From: a virus
Lineage: Duplodnaviria > Caudoviricetes
Strand: one strand, 5' to 3'
Length of the DNA stretch: 64,000 nucleotides
IMG/VR virus record: IMGVR_UViG_3300028886_000057
Span: 1-64,000 of that record
The position numbers and the translations under genes are program-made. How positions within the stretch are numbered: position 1 is the first letter of the stretch; each line of letters opens with the position of its first letter. The notes beneath the pieces were generated by a model, which saw nothing but the letters and a program-made list of their open reading frames with translations, was not told the DNA's origin and ran no database searches. Shown one piece after another: positions 19,001 through 29,280 of this stretch.

Positions 19001-21378
19001 AGCTCGGCACCAAAATGAGTGGTCTCATGCAAAAGGTAAGCGGAGCCGTCGCTGCTGTTAGTACTGCAATTGCTTGGGGCCAAGAAATCATGGATATTAT
19101 CCAAAATTATGGCAAGCAACTAGGGGCGGAGGCTTTGGAAAGTAGTAAGCGTGTTCAAGCAGAGATGTACCAAAATACACAATTAAAATCTACTATTGCC
19201 TCTAGCTCTGCCACTATTAAAAAACTGTCTTCGCAAGTAGTTAAAACTACTGAAGATATGCAGGCATTAGATGAGGCACAAACAGAATTTGCTGAAGCTT
19301 TGGGGTTGTCTAAAGAAGAAGTTGCAAGTATGAGCAGCCAGCAAATTGATGATTTGGCTCAAGCTAAACAACAGGCTTTAGATGAGAAAAACCAAAAGTT
19401 GGCCGAAGAATTAAATGATACATTAACCAAAGCAAGTTATAACCGTTCCGGATGGGAGATTGCTGGTAATATTATTGGTAAAACTGGTGCTGGCGCCGCT
19501 GCAGGCGGGATGGTCGGCAACTGGGTAGGTGCGCTTGTTGGTGGTGTTGCCGGTTTAATTACGGGCGTAGTTGAAGAAGGCATCCGTGCAGGCATTGCAA
19601 ATGATGCCAAGAATAAAATTAATGCTTTGTTAGAAACCGATGAAGGTGTTGAACAATTTAAATATGCTTTAAAACTCAACTATCGTACTATCACAGAAGC
19701 CACTAATAATGGTACCAAAGAAATGTCGCAGGCCCTCAGTACTATGTTCAGCAGTATTGTTGAACTATTTGATGCTGATGACTTGAAAAAGATTTTGGAA
19801 AAATACGATTATAATATGGCTGCATTTGCTCAACATTTTAATGAATTGTTGAGCGGTAACTCTGATGCAGTTAAGATCTTGTCATCAGAAGACGCCACTA
19901 TTAAACAACGTGTTGATGCAGCCGTTCTTATTGATCGTCTCACTCAAAGCGATGCTGAAATCAACGCTGCATTTAAAAAGATTAATTCACGATATTTAGA
20001 AATTAATCAGAGTTTTGAAGGCATTGCAGACGTTTTAGAATATATTTCAGACAAAACCGATTGGAGTATTTCACACTTATCTGAAGTTATTAATGCATTT
20101 GGTACCGACACCGAAGGATTCCAAACTACTATCGCTAATTTAACTGAATGGATAAAAGAAGGTGCGACTGATACCGCCTTATTGGCTGAGACCGTCAAAG
20201 ATTTAACCAAAGAAGAACTGCAAGCAATTAAAGATATGGTTACTGGTGGCCGCAGCTTACAAGATGTGGCCGACACCAATACTCGTAACCGTAGTCGTGT
20301 TGCAAGTTTCCGCGAAACACAGGCAAACTGGAGCAACATGACGGAAAGCGATCAACAACGATTTATTGATGAAAATATCGAGTTCTTCTCCAATCCGGAA
20401 GCGCGCCGCAAGTTCTTCAATGGAGAAGACATTACAAAAGAACTTCAAGAGTATCAGGCTAAAATTCAAGAAGAGAGTCGTAAGTTATATGAAGAACAGC
20501 GACAAGCGGCTTTACTAGAATTAGCTAAAGCTCGTGAGAGCGGCGATGCGGCCTGGCAAGCACAAGCCGAAGCGTATTTAGCTATGATTGAAGATCGCAT
20601 AGAATCTGTTGACCATATGTTCGATTTGTCTCTAAAAGATATTGTTGATAAACAACAAGAACAAATTTCTAAACTTAAAGAAATGTATCAAGCAGAAGAA
20701 GAAGCGCTAACTAAATCATTACAAAAACGTAAAGAAGCTTATCAAAAATATTTCGATGGCCTCGCCAAAGCCGAGTCTCTTGCCGAGTATAATCAAAATC
20801 GTGAAGATTTAGTTAATGCTATTGCCCGAGTTGGCGCCGGCACTGATGCAAATTCACGCCGCAAAGTGGCTGACTTACAACGACAGTTACGCGAGTTAGA
20901 CAAACAAGAAGCGCAACGTCAAAAAGAAGAAGCTCGTCAAGCAGTATTAGAAAATATTGATTCTGAAATTCAACGGATTCAAGACAAATTCGATGAATTG
21001 TTAAAGAGCGATCAAGCACTTCTTGATTCTATGGATCAAAATACGTATTTCCAGTATCTTGCTTATCTCGCTCAAAGTGGTCAAACTAAAGAAGCTCAAG
21101 ACTTAGCTATTCGAGAAATGGGCGACTTGCTTAAAGGTAAGTGGGGTACAAAAGGCAATCAATTGTTTAGCGCAGTAGCCGCTAATGTAGCTGCCGAGAC
21201 TACCACTCCTACAGTGTCTGAAACTCAAGTTGATACGTCATCTAATACATTTACCATTATGAATACTTCTGGCGAAGAACAACGTATTCAATTAACCGAA
21301 CAACAAATGCGTCAATTGGTATCACAATTACTTGACACCGTAAATCGCTGGACCGGTACCAGCTATAAAGCTAAATAA
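16096..21378 (+). CDS. tape measure protein (TP901-like core)
   Basis: About 1760 aa helical; ESIGTALKTVIARM and ALAGTRQQSRL core motifs; Gly-rich hydrophobic segments. Confidence 0.92.
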   Translation: MADTVKIAVEASLKNAQEITRQIKEAVEKSLADIDLKTLDKLANRISQAFELLNNGLVNDARKAAQSLNVDMLKMYNNINVAAGDASNEVSELVQQLNDAQKQLSKFEKEFHDKDRFRRRPKSGEVVYTKEGLSTTQLKAIGQPGQNGLARINGHAIDFGAKWSVPNAAYAIGDELRVALQKTGAERDDSYIKALTDALTAIGFQLKNDKIVIDPAVAAKLAEAEKAYEDESQRLAKVVEELQARVHEEAQNSGAPVVSSEEGSFTTAQMQQTTIYNQKNINDALAEEARATKEANEARKQHNDAQEEAAERQAELAHETDKGTVAQQKQTNAVSKAITTFFGYQMIIRQLRRLWREAIHTITELDKQLTTQAMVTGMTREQTWQLAESYQKIAQATGLAQTTIAGVTTEYLRQGESLENALTLTKAAAAAATVAGISASDSVQYLTTAIHGFKLEAEDALAVSDKFAALAASAATNYEDLAVALSKVASQAALAGMSMDYTLALLTTGLDVTQEAPESIGTALKTVIARMREISDYGKTLEDDVDINQVEAGLHAVGIELKDGVGELRSTEEVLDELGKKWNTLTANQQAAVAKALAGTRQQSRLVAIMENYNKVIEYQNTAMTSIGATTAQQVTYLEGMEAAVNNLQSTYQSLIKSLISSQEAINLVTTIRNVLKWVGNFLKQPAGRWALLAGVVSVLTRSKELMDRIKNTVDQLIRSLSNLRKENEQILRQQETALQQAQNELAIKQKGATISSASRPNGWLSNVAAQSTATDVSASLVSSVLKTLIKLPTLITGAGRQSVKNDWGSTHDTIKSWYRNNSFLAKWRSRKADKATINAGIAKLQTQQQTPETEKQLNVLANKRLAIEDKIAYLAKGELINKNEEAIQTKQNTIEANKQTIEAKLQQMNETSKSDEEKKQLEAEIKATEEVNKQLDTDVKATEEANKQLKLERQQTEEDAKQGGNSKKLGTKMSGLMQKVSGAVAAVSTAIAWGQEIMDIIQNYGKQLGAEALESSKRVQAEMYQNTQLKSTIASSSATIKKLSSQVVKTTEDMQALDEAQTEFAEALGLSKEEVASMSSQQIDDLAQAKQQALDEKNQKLAEELNDTLTKASYNRSGWEIAGNIIGKTGAGAAAGGMVGNWVGALVGGVAGLITGVVEEGIRAGIANDAKNKINALLETDEGVEQFKYALKLNYRTITEATNNGTKEMSQALSTMFSSIVELFDADDLKKILEKYDYNMAAFAQHFNELLSGNSDAVKILSSEDATIKQRVDAAVLIDRLTQSDAEINAAFKKINSRYLEINQSFEGIADVLEYISDKTDWSISHLSEVINAFGTDTEGFQTTIANLTEWIKEGATDTALLAETVKDLTKEELQAIKDMVTGGRSLQDVADTNTRNRSRVASFRETQANWSNMTESDQQRFIDENIEFFSNPEARRKFFNGEDITKELQEYQAKIQEESRKLYEEQRQAALLELAKARESGDAAWQAQAEAYLAMIEDRIESVDHMFDLSLKDIVDKQQEQISKLKEMYQAEEEALTKSLQKRKEAYQKYFDGLAKAESLAEYNQNREDLVNAIARVGAGTDANSRRKVADLQRQLRELDKQEAQRQKEEARQAVLENIDSEIQRIQDKFDELLKSDQALLDSMDQNTYFQYLAYLAQSGQTKEAQDLAIREMGDLLKGKWGTKGNQLFSAVAANVAAETTTPTVSETQVDTSSNTFTIMNTSGEEQRIQLTEQQMRQLVSQLLDTVNRWTGTSYKAK

Positions 21379-21389
21379 AGGAGGTAGAT

Positions 21390-22634
21390 ATGAACTATCA
21401 ACGACTTCAACTAACGGGACCTAATGGGCAGCCCGTCATTAAAGGGCCAACGCCTGTTAATGGCGCCAATCCATATGTCGATGATTATGTCGGCTTTACG
21501 TGGAACAATGTTCACTCTTCCTCGCATAACTGTTTTATCGAAAATACGGGGCACCTCGAATTTGTAGGTGCCCCAGACTTCAGTAACAATTTTGTTTCGC
21601 CGGCCTTTCAAACGCGCACCTATTATACTGGTATGCAAAATAGTTCAAAGAAGTTTTCTTTGAATTTGGTGTTTTATCAACTTACCCTACAAGAGTTGAA
21701 CGCCGCTTTCAAATGGTTGGATCGTACTATTATTAGCGATCTTTTCTTTGACTATGAACCTTATTGGAAATATAGTTGCAAGCTTTCTTCCATTGGCACA
21801 ATGGAAAAATATGTTAGTGGTCGTACTATGTATCGTGGTCGCCCTTGTGACTTATATTTATGCCGCGTTGCGGTACAGTTCGAAACGGTATATCACCCCG
21901 AAGCTATTTCAGCATATTGTGCCTATAAATATACAAATGACGCTTACGATAGTGCTGATGATTTCCACGAGTACTCTCGCACCACCGGCTCTAATTATAT
22001 GCCATTCCATGAATGGAAAGACGCAAAAATGACAATACCCGGTATTGTACCTATTGATGTTCAGCTTCCAAAAGCATGGCGTCCAATGATTATTCTGAAT
22101 CAAGACCCGACTCCTACTACTGATTCTCGGGGTTATTGGCGTTTTGCACTCAAAAATCCTTCTGCATATCCAACTTATTTTAAGCTTCATTTTTACAATG
22201 TCGCATCTAATGTTTCTGTGTATCAATATTGGAACAATGATTGGTTTAATAATGGTGATGGAGCGAGTTTGGGGCCCGTTGATACCGACGGCTGGGTGAA
22301 CAAGAATGAATTAGACATTGATGCTTATGAAAACTCCATGTGTATTTGCGCGGTCTCATTAAATTTAGACGATGATATTTGGCTTGATTTACACTATAAT
22401 AGTGAAGATGGTACAGTTTTATGCGCCAACCAGTTAGTTGAACAATTACGGACTGGTGATTCCAATATTCCTTGTACGCATAAAGACGCAGTAGCTAACG
22501 TTTATTTGCCAGGGGCTGCCGATTCAGATCATCCCAGCACTATAATGATTGAGGTGACTATTGATCGTCGTATGTTAACTGACGTCTTGCCACAAGTAGG
22601 TGTTGAATATGATACTTATGAATACATGATTTAA
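21390..22634 (+). CDS. distal tail protein (Dit), extended
   Basis: Follows tape measure; GFTWNNVHS, FKWL..LFFDYEPYWKY Dit-like motifs. Confidence 0.7.
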   Translation: MNYQRLQLTGPNGQPVIKGPTPVNGANPYVDDYVGFTWNNVHSSSHNCFIENTGHLEFVGAPDFSNNFVSPAFQTRTYYTGMQNSSKKFSLNLVFYQLTLQELNAAFKWLDRTIISDLFFDYEPYWKYSCKLSSIGTMEKYVSGRTMYRGRPCDLYLCRVAVQFETVYHPEAISAYCAYKYTNDAYDSADDFHEYSRTTGSNYMPFHEWKDAKMTIPGIVPIDVQLPKAWRPMIILNQDPTPTTDSRGYWRFALKNPSAYPTYFKLHFYNVASNVSVYQYWNNDWFNNGDGASLGPVDTDGWVNKNELDIDAYENSMCICAVSLNLDDDIWLDLHYNSEDGTVLCANQLVEQLRTGDSNIPCTHKDAVANVYLPGAADSDHPSTIMIEVTIDRRMLTDVLPQVGVEYDTYEYMI

Positions 22635-22643
22635 GGAGGAAAC

Positions 22644-23324
22644 ATGATTAGCAATGATCGTACAATACATGCCATCATGACCTATGATGACGACAGTAAA
22701 ATTATTGAGACTTTAAATCATAATTTTCAGGTATTAACTGAAAGAATTAAAGAGCTCAATATCTCTTTATCTTATTTAGATTTACTTAAAATTAGTACAA
22801 TTTTTACTGCTGACAGCTCTGCCGACCCCAATGTTAATTTACAACAATTTGTGTCTACTTGCTGGAATACTTTATCTAATTATGCCGGTGTTTATATTCA
22901 GACTAATGATAGTGCTGATACCACACTGTTTACTTGGATGAATCAGTATAGTGTAAAAAATGGAGACTTTATTGTAAAATTGCCTAATAATCAAAGTCTT
23001 TATTTACCTGGCGCTGAACCACATTATATGATTCCAACTGGATATGATACCAGTACCTATGCTATTACTTTTAAACCTTCCACTACGGCACCGACGCAAA
23101 AAGTAATTCCTTTATCCAATATTGACAATGTTCCGCACACAGCTTATGGTTATTATGGCACGAATTTAGTAGGAGGTTCTACGGTTATTCCTTCAACAGC
23201 TAAAGATTGCCGTTTTTATACAAGCGAAGGTGAAGAAATTGTTTTTACTAATTATAAAGCCGGTTCTTCATTTACGGTTCCTGCCGGCGTGCCGAGCGGA
23301 TCTAAGGCTTCATATATACAATAA
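22644..23324 (+). CDS. hypothetical tail tip protein
   Basis: AAGGAGG RBS; position. Confidence 0.55.
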   Translation: MISNDRTIHAIMTYDDDSKIIETLNHNFQVLTERIKELNISLSYLDLLKISTIFTADSSADPNVNLQQFVSTCWNTLSNYAGVYIQTNDSADTTLFTWMNQYSVKNGDFIVKLPNNQSLYLPGAEPHYMIPTGYDTSTYAITFKPSTTAPTQKVIPLSNIDNVPHTAYGYYGTNLVGGSTVIPSTAKDCRFYTSEGEEIVFTNYKAGSSFTVPAGVPSGSKASYIQ

Positions 23325-23329
23325 TAAAT

Positions 23330-24061
23330 ATGCTTCCACAACAATTAGTACAAAATAAGATTATTAGTCAACCCAATTCAAATGATTTTAAATTGAATTG
23401 GGCTGCCGCGGCGCCTATTTTAAACGCTAATTGTTTTTATATTGACCAATTAGTTAATGGCTCTGAAAAATATCATTTATTTTTAAGACCGTGGAAAGAG
23501 GTTAATCCTAATACTACACCACTACGCTTACATCAATATTATAGTGCGACCCAGAATGATTCAGACTACCATATTCATGTTGGAGACTGGGTTGGTCGTG
23601 TACGCAATGTTTCCGAAAATGTATTGGATGACTGTTTAGTATTAACTCGTTCGGCTTACTATTATATTTATAATGATAAAACGAAAAGTTTAGAATTAAA
23701 CAGCACTCCTGGCGTACCGTGTATTATACGTCATAGTGTTTGGGGGGTTAAAGACAAAAAAACTGTGGCGTTGTCTGATGAACATATGACACATGTAGAC
23801 AATCATTGGAGATATTCTTGTAGTGCTTCAGATATTATTTTTAGAGGCAACAATTCAGAGCCTATTCCTTTAGCCTATTCTTCTGACGTTGTACGTGGTC
23901 GTATATATTGGCGACCCGATACAATCTCTAGTGCAGAATTACTGGCTAACGTTCCCGTCACCATCACCCGTCAATGGAATAAATCAATAAGTAAATACGA
24001 ATTTGCTCTTGATTTTCCTGATTTCAATTTTCCAATAACAGCAATCGTGGAGTTTTGGTAA
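23330..24061 (+). CDS. hypothetical tail tip protein
   Basis: ORF in tail operon. Confidence 0.5.
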   Translation: MLPQQLVQNKIISQPNSNDFKLNWAAAAPILNANCFYIDQLVNGSEKYHLFLRPWKEVNPNTTPLRLHQYYSATQNDSDYHIHVGDWVGRVRNVSENVLDDCLVLTRSAYYYIYNDKTKSLELNSTPGVPCIIRHSVWGVKDKKTVALSDEHMTHVDNHWRYSCSASDIIFRGNNSEPIPLAYSSDVVRGRIYWRPDTISSAELLANVPVTITRQWNKSISKYEFALDFPDFNFPITAIVEFW

Positions 24062-27000
24062 TGGCACAGTTTAATTTAAGTTTAATTAATAAACATGGCA
24101 CCACTGTTTTAACCGACTATGATACAATGACTGGCAAAACGGCAGGTCTCACGTTCGATGAACATCTAAATCTCAATGTAGACGGTTCTACATTAGATTT
24201 TTCTATGCTTAAATATTTATATGAAGGCTCACAGAAAGCAGTGAACACGCCTGCCGTTGCCATTACATATGGATCAATTATTCGTTGTGTATATAATGGC
24301 CAAGTTTATGACTTTGCAGTTACTGATATTAATTATCAATTCTTAGCTGAAAATTTACAGTTGACTTTTTCAGCGCAGGACTATTTTCAATTTGAAACCA
24401 GCAAATTAGGTATTGACTATACTATTAGTGGCGATACCACAGATCCGTCGTATTTTGGTGCGCAACCAATTGATGCATGGGCTTATAAAATAATTAAAGA
24501 CAATAATTTACGTTGGGGATATGTCCCTATTAATCAAGCCAATCGTGAATGGATTAATGTCGCTCTTACCATTGCGCAAAAACAAGCTACTTTTACTACT
24601 GATAATACAGGGCAGTATTATTGGGAAAATGCATTAACCGAAGCCAACCAATCGGGCACTAAAGCAGAATATACTTTGAATCAATGGGTTTCCTTTGAGT
24701 GCTCAAATAGTACGGCTTATAACGCTTTAAAACAATTAGGTTCAGATAATGGTTTGATGATTGTTGTTGATTATACAAATCGTAGCTTCTGGTTTGTGCC
24801 TAAACAAAATATTATATTTAATGGTTATTACTTTAATCCTAACAATAATTTACAACAATTTTCTATTAAAGGGTCTGTCCAAAATTTAGTTACTGTCTTA
24901 AATATTACCGGGCCTAAAGATGTTAATAATCAAGAAATCACTTTAGTACCACAATTACCTACACAAATAGTGCAGTTGATTGAATCAAAAGGGTGGGACC
25001 ATAGTGTTTACTACCCTAGTTTGTATACATCATATGTTTCAGACATTACATTTTTAAGAGAAGCTACTTATGCACCATGGTTAGAAAATAAGTTAATTGA
25101 TATTTCCTTCTTTCAAGACAATCATTTATTATTAGATTCTGAAGTGCAACAAATTCAAGATACATTATACAATCAACTTCGACGTATTAATGGGCGATTG
25201 CTTGTTGAACAAAATAATTATTTAACTCAATTTGGTGAGGATTATCAAAAATTTACACAAAAAATTATTGACGCTGAAGGGTTAGAAGCAAATTTATATA
25301 GTGATGTGGCTACTATACAAGAGCTTCTTAATTCTAATAATGCGGCATGTTTTGCTACTGTAGATCCGACTGGCACTCCATGGGTATATTGGCCTTCAGG
25401 TTTTGCGCTATATGGCACTGTTAATAACGCATCCTATGAAATTACCGCTGATTCATTATTAAATGAATTTTATGGATATTTATCTAGCCCTGAAGTCGCT
25501 ACTGAATATACAGAAACAGTATATTTACAGCCATCTTTTAATTTTACAACCGAGGCTCAGCTCCCAGACCTTAGTATTCATATCAATACTGATTCAGGCA
25601 GTATCTATGGGAACTTTGGAGCACTGTCTGGAGACACAGTAGTTTATCAAGGCTCTGTATCTAAATATAATGGCTTAAGTGTTTGGCAAATAGTGACAAC
25701 CAAACAGGGCGCCGCCCTGCATCGACAAGGCACGTTAAGTTTAAACCATTGGGATGATGTTGTGTTAAGTTTTTCTGCTCAAGGACCATCTTCTCCAATA
25801 CGTGTTCGTAAAAATAATAATGTAATTACAGTTTCATGGACTGCAGGCGATGGTTGGAGTTCGCCTCAAACAGTCACTACACAAAAGCTCGATTTAGGAA
25901 CTTGGGGTTCGTGTTGGCTTGATAATGGACTCTTTGTTTATTCCCTAAAGTCGTGGATTAATGATTGTAATATTTATGTATGCACCTTCCCATTTGATAT
26001 AAAATGGAAATCTAATGCTAATCTTGTAAGCACTTCTAGATTAGATTTTAATCAAACATCGTCGCAATTAATATTAACTACCACTATTGAAGACAGTGAT
26101 TATCATGGACAATATTTACATATTGGTTCTACAACTACGTCCGCCACTTCACAGGCGGCTTTGCCAGTAGCATTAAATTCATCAATCAATATTGCGCTTT
26201 CTTATGAAAAATCGAGTACGTCTGCTACATCATATACACACCTATCTATAAAAAATGGACCAATTACTATTTATGGTCAATTAAACTTGGATAACAATGT
26301 TTTGTTACGGACTAATGACTTAGTGGTACGAAAAACAGATGGTCAATTAAATAGCTCACTTTTTTTACACAGTGTTTATAATGCAAGTCAATTTACCAGT
26401 AAAACTCCAATAAACGTTCCTACTATTGTAGTCGACCAATTAAATCAATTGTGTGGTGCGCGAGACAATTATGCACAAATATTAGCTCAACGGTCTTGGG
26501 AATTGTATAAACTATGGATCGATGATCAGTATTCGAATGAATTGTGTACAGGCGTTGCCGCATTACAACTAGAAGATGTTGGAATGTTACCAGGCACTGA
26601 TGATAGTGCTTTAATTATCACGGCAGACGAAAGTCCTCATAATAATTTGGATGACAGTCCCATATTCTCAACAATCGAAGTCAATTATTTACGAGCCGCC
26701 TTACATTTACGTGATGACGAATATTTATATCGCACCGCTGTTATTCAATACATCGCAAATATACATGCTTCTATTACTGAAAAATGGAATATTTGTTATA
26801 CAGCAGCAATGGGATTAGGGGTATATTGGCCACCCGAGTGGAACAATAGTGAACAATTAATACGCAATGCTCGATTAGCTTTTGAACAAGCAGATTTAAT
26901 AGAAGCTATCTCACCTCTTGTGCCTGACATATGGTCTGAAAATTTTACTGTGTCAGACTTAACATTAAATGTACGATTTATGCCTTATAATCAACAAAGA

Positions 27001-28158
27001 CAAACAGTAAGCTTAACTGATTGCTCTGAACAATGGACAACTGAAAAACTTATATACACTAATTTAGAACGAGCGGATTTACATATCATCTTTAACACTA
27101 CGATATCAGCGCCGTGGGTACATGGTCGACGACTCTACGGGACCAATATTTATACTTTTAACCTTACAGCGGCGGAGTCAAGGTATGATATTGAACAAAC
27201 ACTAACTCTTGGCATTTTTCAATATTGGGTTAAATTTACATTTCAATATCAGGATGGTCAATTGCGCTGGACGAGAATGGCCAATAATGAAAAAGTTTGG
27301 TCTACAAGTACGCTACAAATTATGGCCTTACCCACATCCTTAAAACCACAAAAACGAATATATGAAACTTATCAGTATCGTGACATCGCCGAAGTTACAT
27401 ATAATAATTTACAGTCTGTAACAGATAACACTCAATTGCGACCAGAATTAGTTAGTCAACAAACAACACAAGATCTTAATAATAGTTATTATTGGTGTTA
27501 TGCGCATGCTGTAGACCCACAACATTTGCAATTATATAAAACACAACATAATTACATGATTGAACAAACGTCTCCAGATATTACCAGCGCTCTCATTCCG
27601 GCACAAATTTTAGCTTTACCACTACTTCATACAAAGCAGTATAATGGAACATCTACTATAGCCAATCCATTGTTATATAATATTTATTCATTAGCTCAGA
27701 CCGCGTTGTACGATCGAGAGCGTTATTATACATATCTACAACAACACAATCAGTGTTGGCAGACCTTATATCAAACCTATCCAGGCATCTTTCGAGAATC
27801 CACCTATAACAATACAACCGCTACCAACTCACAAGACCTATACGTCGCCGCGAAAGCTCAATTAGACAATCTATCACGTCCGTCTTTTGAGTACACATTA
27901 ACTGGCATGGATATTTACATGCATGATAGTGACTACATTCCTACTCGCTTGAAATTAGGTGAACAGATTCGTATTGACTATCAAGATCCCGATCAATTAA
28001 CTGATACCCTCAATGCCGCATTACGTGAACCGCTTTATATTACTGGTATCAGTCACGCATTACGTAACGATGGCGATTATCAATTCACCGTTACCACTCG
28101 TACGGCTACCGACACGATGGTGCAACGATTTGCACAATTGTTAAGCTTTGGTAGATAA
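24055..28158 (+). CDS. baseplate hub/Tal-like tail tip protein with large central insertion
   Basis: Tal-like N-terminus (TLDFSM, TAYNALKQL, LVTVLNITG) and C-terminus (LSRPSFEYT, LKLGEQIRI, YITGISH). Confidence 0.7.
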   Translation: MVMAQFNLSLINKHGTTVLTDYDTMTGKTAGLTFDEHLNLNVDGSTLDFSMLKYLYEGSQKAVNTPAVAITYGSIIRCVYNGQVYDFAVTDINYQFLAENLQLTFSAQDYFQFETSKLGIDYTISGDTTDPSYFGAQPIDAWAYKIIKDNNLRWGYVPINQANREWINVALTIAQKQATFTTDNTGQYYWENALTEANQSGTKAEYTLNQWVSFECSNSTAYNALKQLGSDNGLMIVVDYTNRSFWFVPKQNIIFNGYYFNPNNNLQQFSIKGSVQNLVTVLNITGPKDVNNQEITLVPQLPTQIVQLIESKGWDHSVYYPSLYTSYVSDITFLREATYAPWLENKLIDISFFQDNHLLLDSEVQQIQDTLYNQLRRINGRLLVEQNNYLTQFGEDYQKFTQKIIDAEGLEANLYSDVATIQELLNSNNAACFATVDPTGTPWVYWPSGFALYGTVNNASYEITADSLLNEFYGYLSSPEVATEYTETVYLQPSFNFTTEAQLPDLSIHINTDSGSIYGNFGALSGDTVVYQGSVSKYNGLSVWQIVTTKQGAALHRQGTLSLNHWDDVVLSFSAQGPSSPIRVRKNNNVITVSWTAGDGWSSPQTVTTQKLDLGTWGSCWLDNGLFVYSLKSWINDCNIYVCTFPFDIKWKSNANLVSTSRLDFNQTSSQLILTTTIEDSDYHGQYLHIGSTTTSATSQAALPVALNSSINIALSYEKSSTSATSYTHLSIKNGPITIYGQLNLDNNVLLRTNDLVVRKTDGQLNSSLFLHSVYNASQFTSKTPINVPTIVVDQLNQLCGARDNYAQILAQRSWELYKLWIDDQYSNELCTGVAALQLEDVGMLPGTDDSALIITADESPHNNLDDSPIFSTIEVNYLRAALHLRDDEYLYRTAVIQYIANIHASITEKWNICYTAAMGLGVYWPPEWNNSEQLIRNARLAFEQADLIEAISPLVPDIWSENFTVSDLTLNVRFMPYNQQRQTVSLTDCSEQWTTEKLIYTNLERADLHIIFNTTISAPWVHGRRLYGTNIYTFNLTAAESRYDIEQTLTLGIFQYWVKFTFQYQDGQLRWTRMANNEKVWSTSTLQIMALPTSLKPQKRIYETYQYRDIAEVTYNNLQSVTDNTQLRPELVSQQTTQDLNNSYYWCYAHAVDPQHLQLYKTQHNYMIEQTSPDITSALIPAQILALPLLHTKQYNGTSTIANPLLYNIYSLAQTALYDRERYYTYLQQHNQCWQTLYQTYPGIFRESTYNNTTATNSQDLYVAAKAQLDNLSRPSFEYTLTGMDIYMHDSDYIPTRLKLGEQIRIDYQDPDQLTDTLNAALREPLYITGISHALRNDGDYQFTVTTRTATDTMVQRFAQLLSFGR

Positions 28159-28176
28159 TAAAAAGAGGATATAAAT

Positions 28177-29247
28177 ATGATTTTTTGGGATAATTTTAAA
28201 GTACAAAACACCAGTGCGACCATAACTGTTAGAGCAACCACTACAACGGTTGGTTCCGCTACAAAGTCTGCTTTAGATTTAGGTGACGCGGTATTAATGG
28301 CTGATAATTTAATTTTACCGCATGGTATGACTTTACCGAGCGGAACCACTTTTGGCGGTTCTGTAACTTTACCAGCAGGGTCTGCGTTCGCAGGTTCGGT
28401 AACTTTGCCGTCTGGTTCGGGAATTAGTGGCACTTTATCATCTAATCAGTTAACCGTATCTAATGCCGCTATAACAAGTAGACTTACTGCTAATGAAGCT
28501 GTCATATCAACAACTATCAGTGCCGCTTCAGCGACTGTTTCCAAATCGTTAGTAGTAACTGGAGCGGCATCATTACCAAGTAATACTATTATTGGTGGGT
28601 CTAAACTGCTTCCAGGTCCACGACAAGTTAATTTATTATATGTTGATGGTCATTTTGGCAAGAATCAAGATTGGGTGAGCGTAGAAAATTTATCTACTAG
28701 TCCAATTTATTTATTTGTTGAATTATATTTAGATGCGCAGTTTCAGAATCCATATAGAGTAAATGGTAACATCGTCACTGGACATATCACAACGCCATTA
28801 CAACCAGGTACTTCTCGAAGAATTTTGGAATTTACTGACGATAATTATGATTCTTTTGCTAAAGAAAATGGATATGTACGAATTAAATATAGTCTCAATA
28901 GTGAAATAACTGACGCGAGTGGCGGTAATGACATTAATGAAAAAGTCAGAGCGAACGATCTTACCGGAGCAAATGATAAATATGTAACTTATGGTTCTCC
29001 TACGGGACCTGCTGCATGGTTACGTACCGTTTTATACCAAAGCGATAAGGAACATTGGTATGTCGTCAATTGTTCGACCCCTGATTTATTTGCCAATATG
29101 TGTCAAACCATGCAATCTGAACCTTACTATTGTAATTATGCTATGATTCTTGGCGGTCAGGAGATTGGCCATGGCGGCTGGCAATCAATAAACTCTCTAA
29201 GTCATTTTTATGGCGGTGTTATTGGTTTTAAGTCAGTCGACGAGTAA
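28177..29247 (+). CDS. putative tail fibre/receptor-binding protein
   Basis: Last virion gene; S/T/G-rich N-half with 12-aa TLPxGxxFxGSV repeats; globular C-half. Confidence 0.55.
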   Translation: MIFWDNFKVQNTSATITVRATTTTVGSATKSALDLGDAVLMADNLILPHGMTLPSGTTFGGSVTLPAGSAFAGSVTLPSGSGISGTLSSNQLTVSNAAITSRLTANEAVISTTISAASATVSKSLVVTGAASLPSNTIIGGSKLLPGPRQVNLLYVDGHFGKNQDWVSVENLSTSPIYLFVELYLDAQFQNPYRVNGNIVTGHITTPLQPGTSRRILEFTDDNYDSFAKENGYVRIKYSLNSEITDASGGNDINEKVRANDLTGANDKYVTYGSPTGPAAWLRTVLYQSDKEHWYVVNCSTPDLFANMCQTMQSEPYYCNYAMILGGQEIGHGGWQSINSLSHFYGGVIGFKSVDE

Positions 29248-29250
29248 ATA

Positions 29251-29280
29251 AAAACCTCCCGTAAGGGAGGTTTTCTTTTA
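29251..29280. terminator. bidirectional terminator at convergence of the two arms
   Basis: AAAACCTCCC-GTAA-GGGAGGTTTT flanked by A and T tracts. Confidence 0.85.

Noticed and set aside
28320-28430. 36-nt repeats as a diversity-generating retroelement or invertible cassette
   Set aside because: Ordinary coding repeats; no reverse transcriptase, template repeat or invertase seen in the window.
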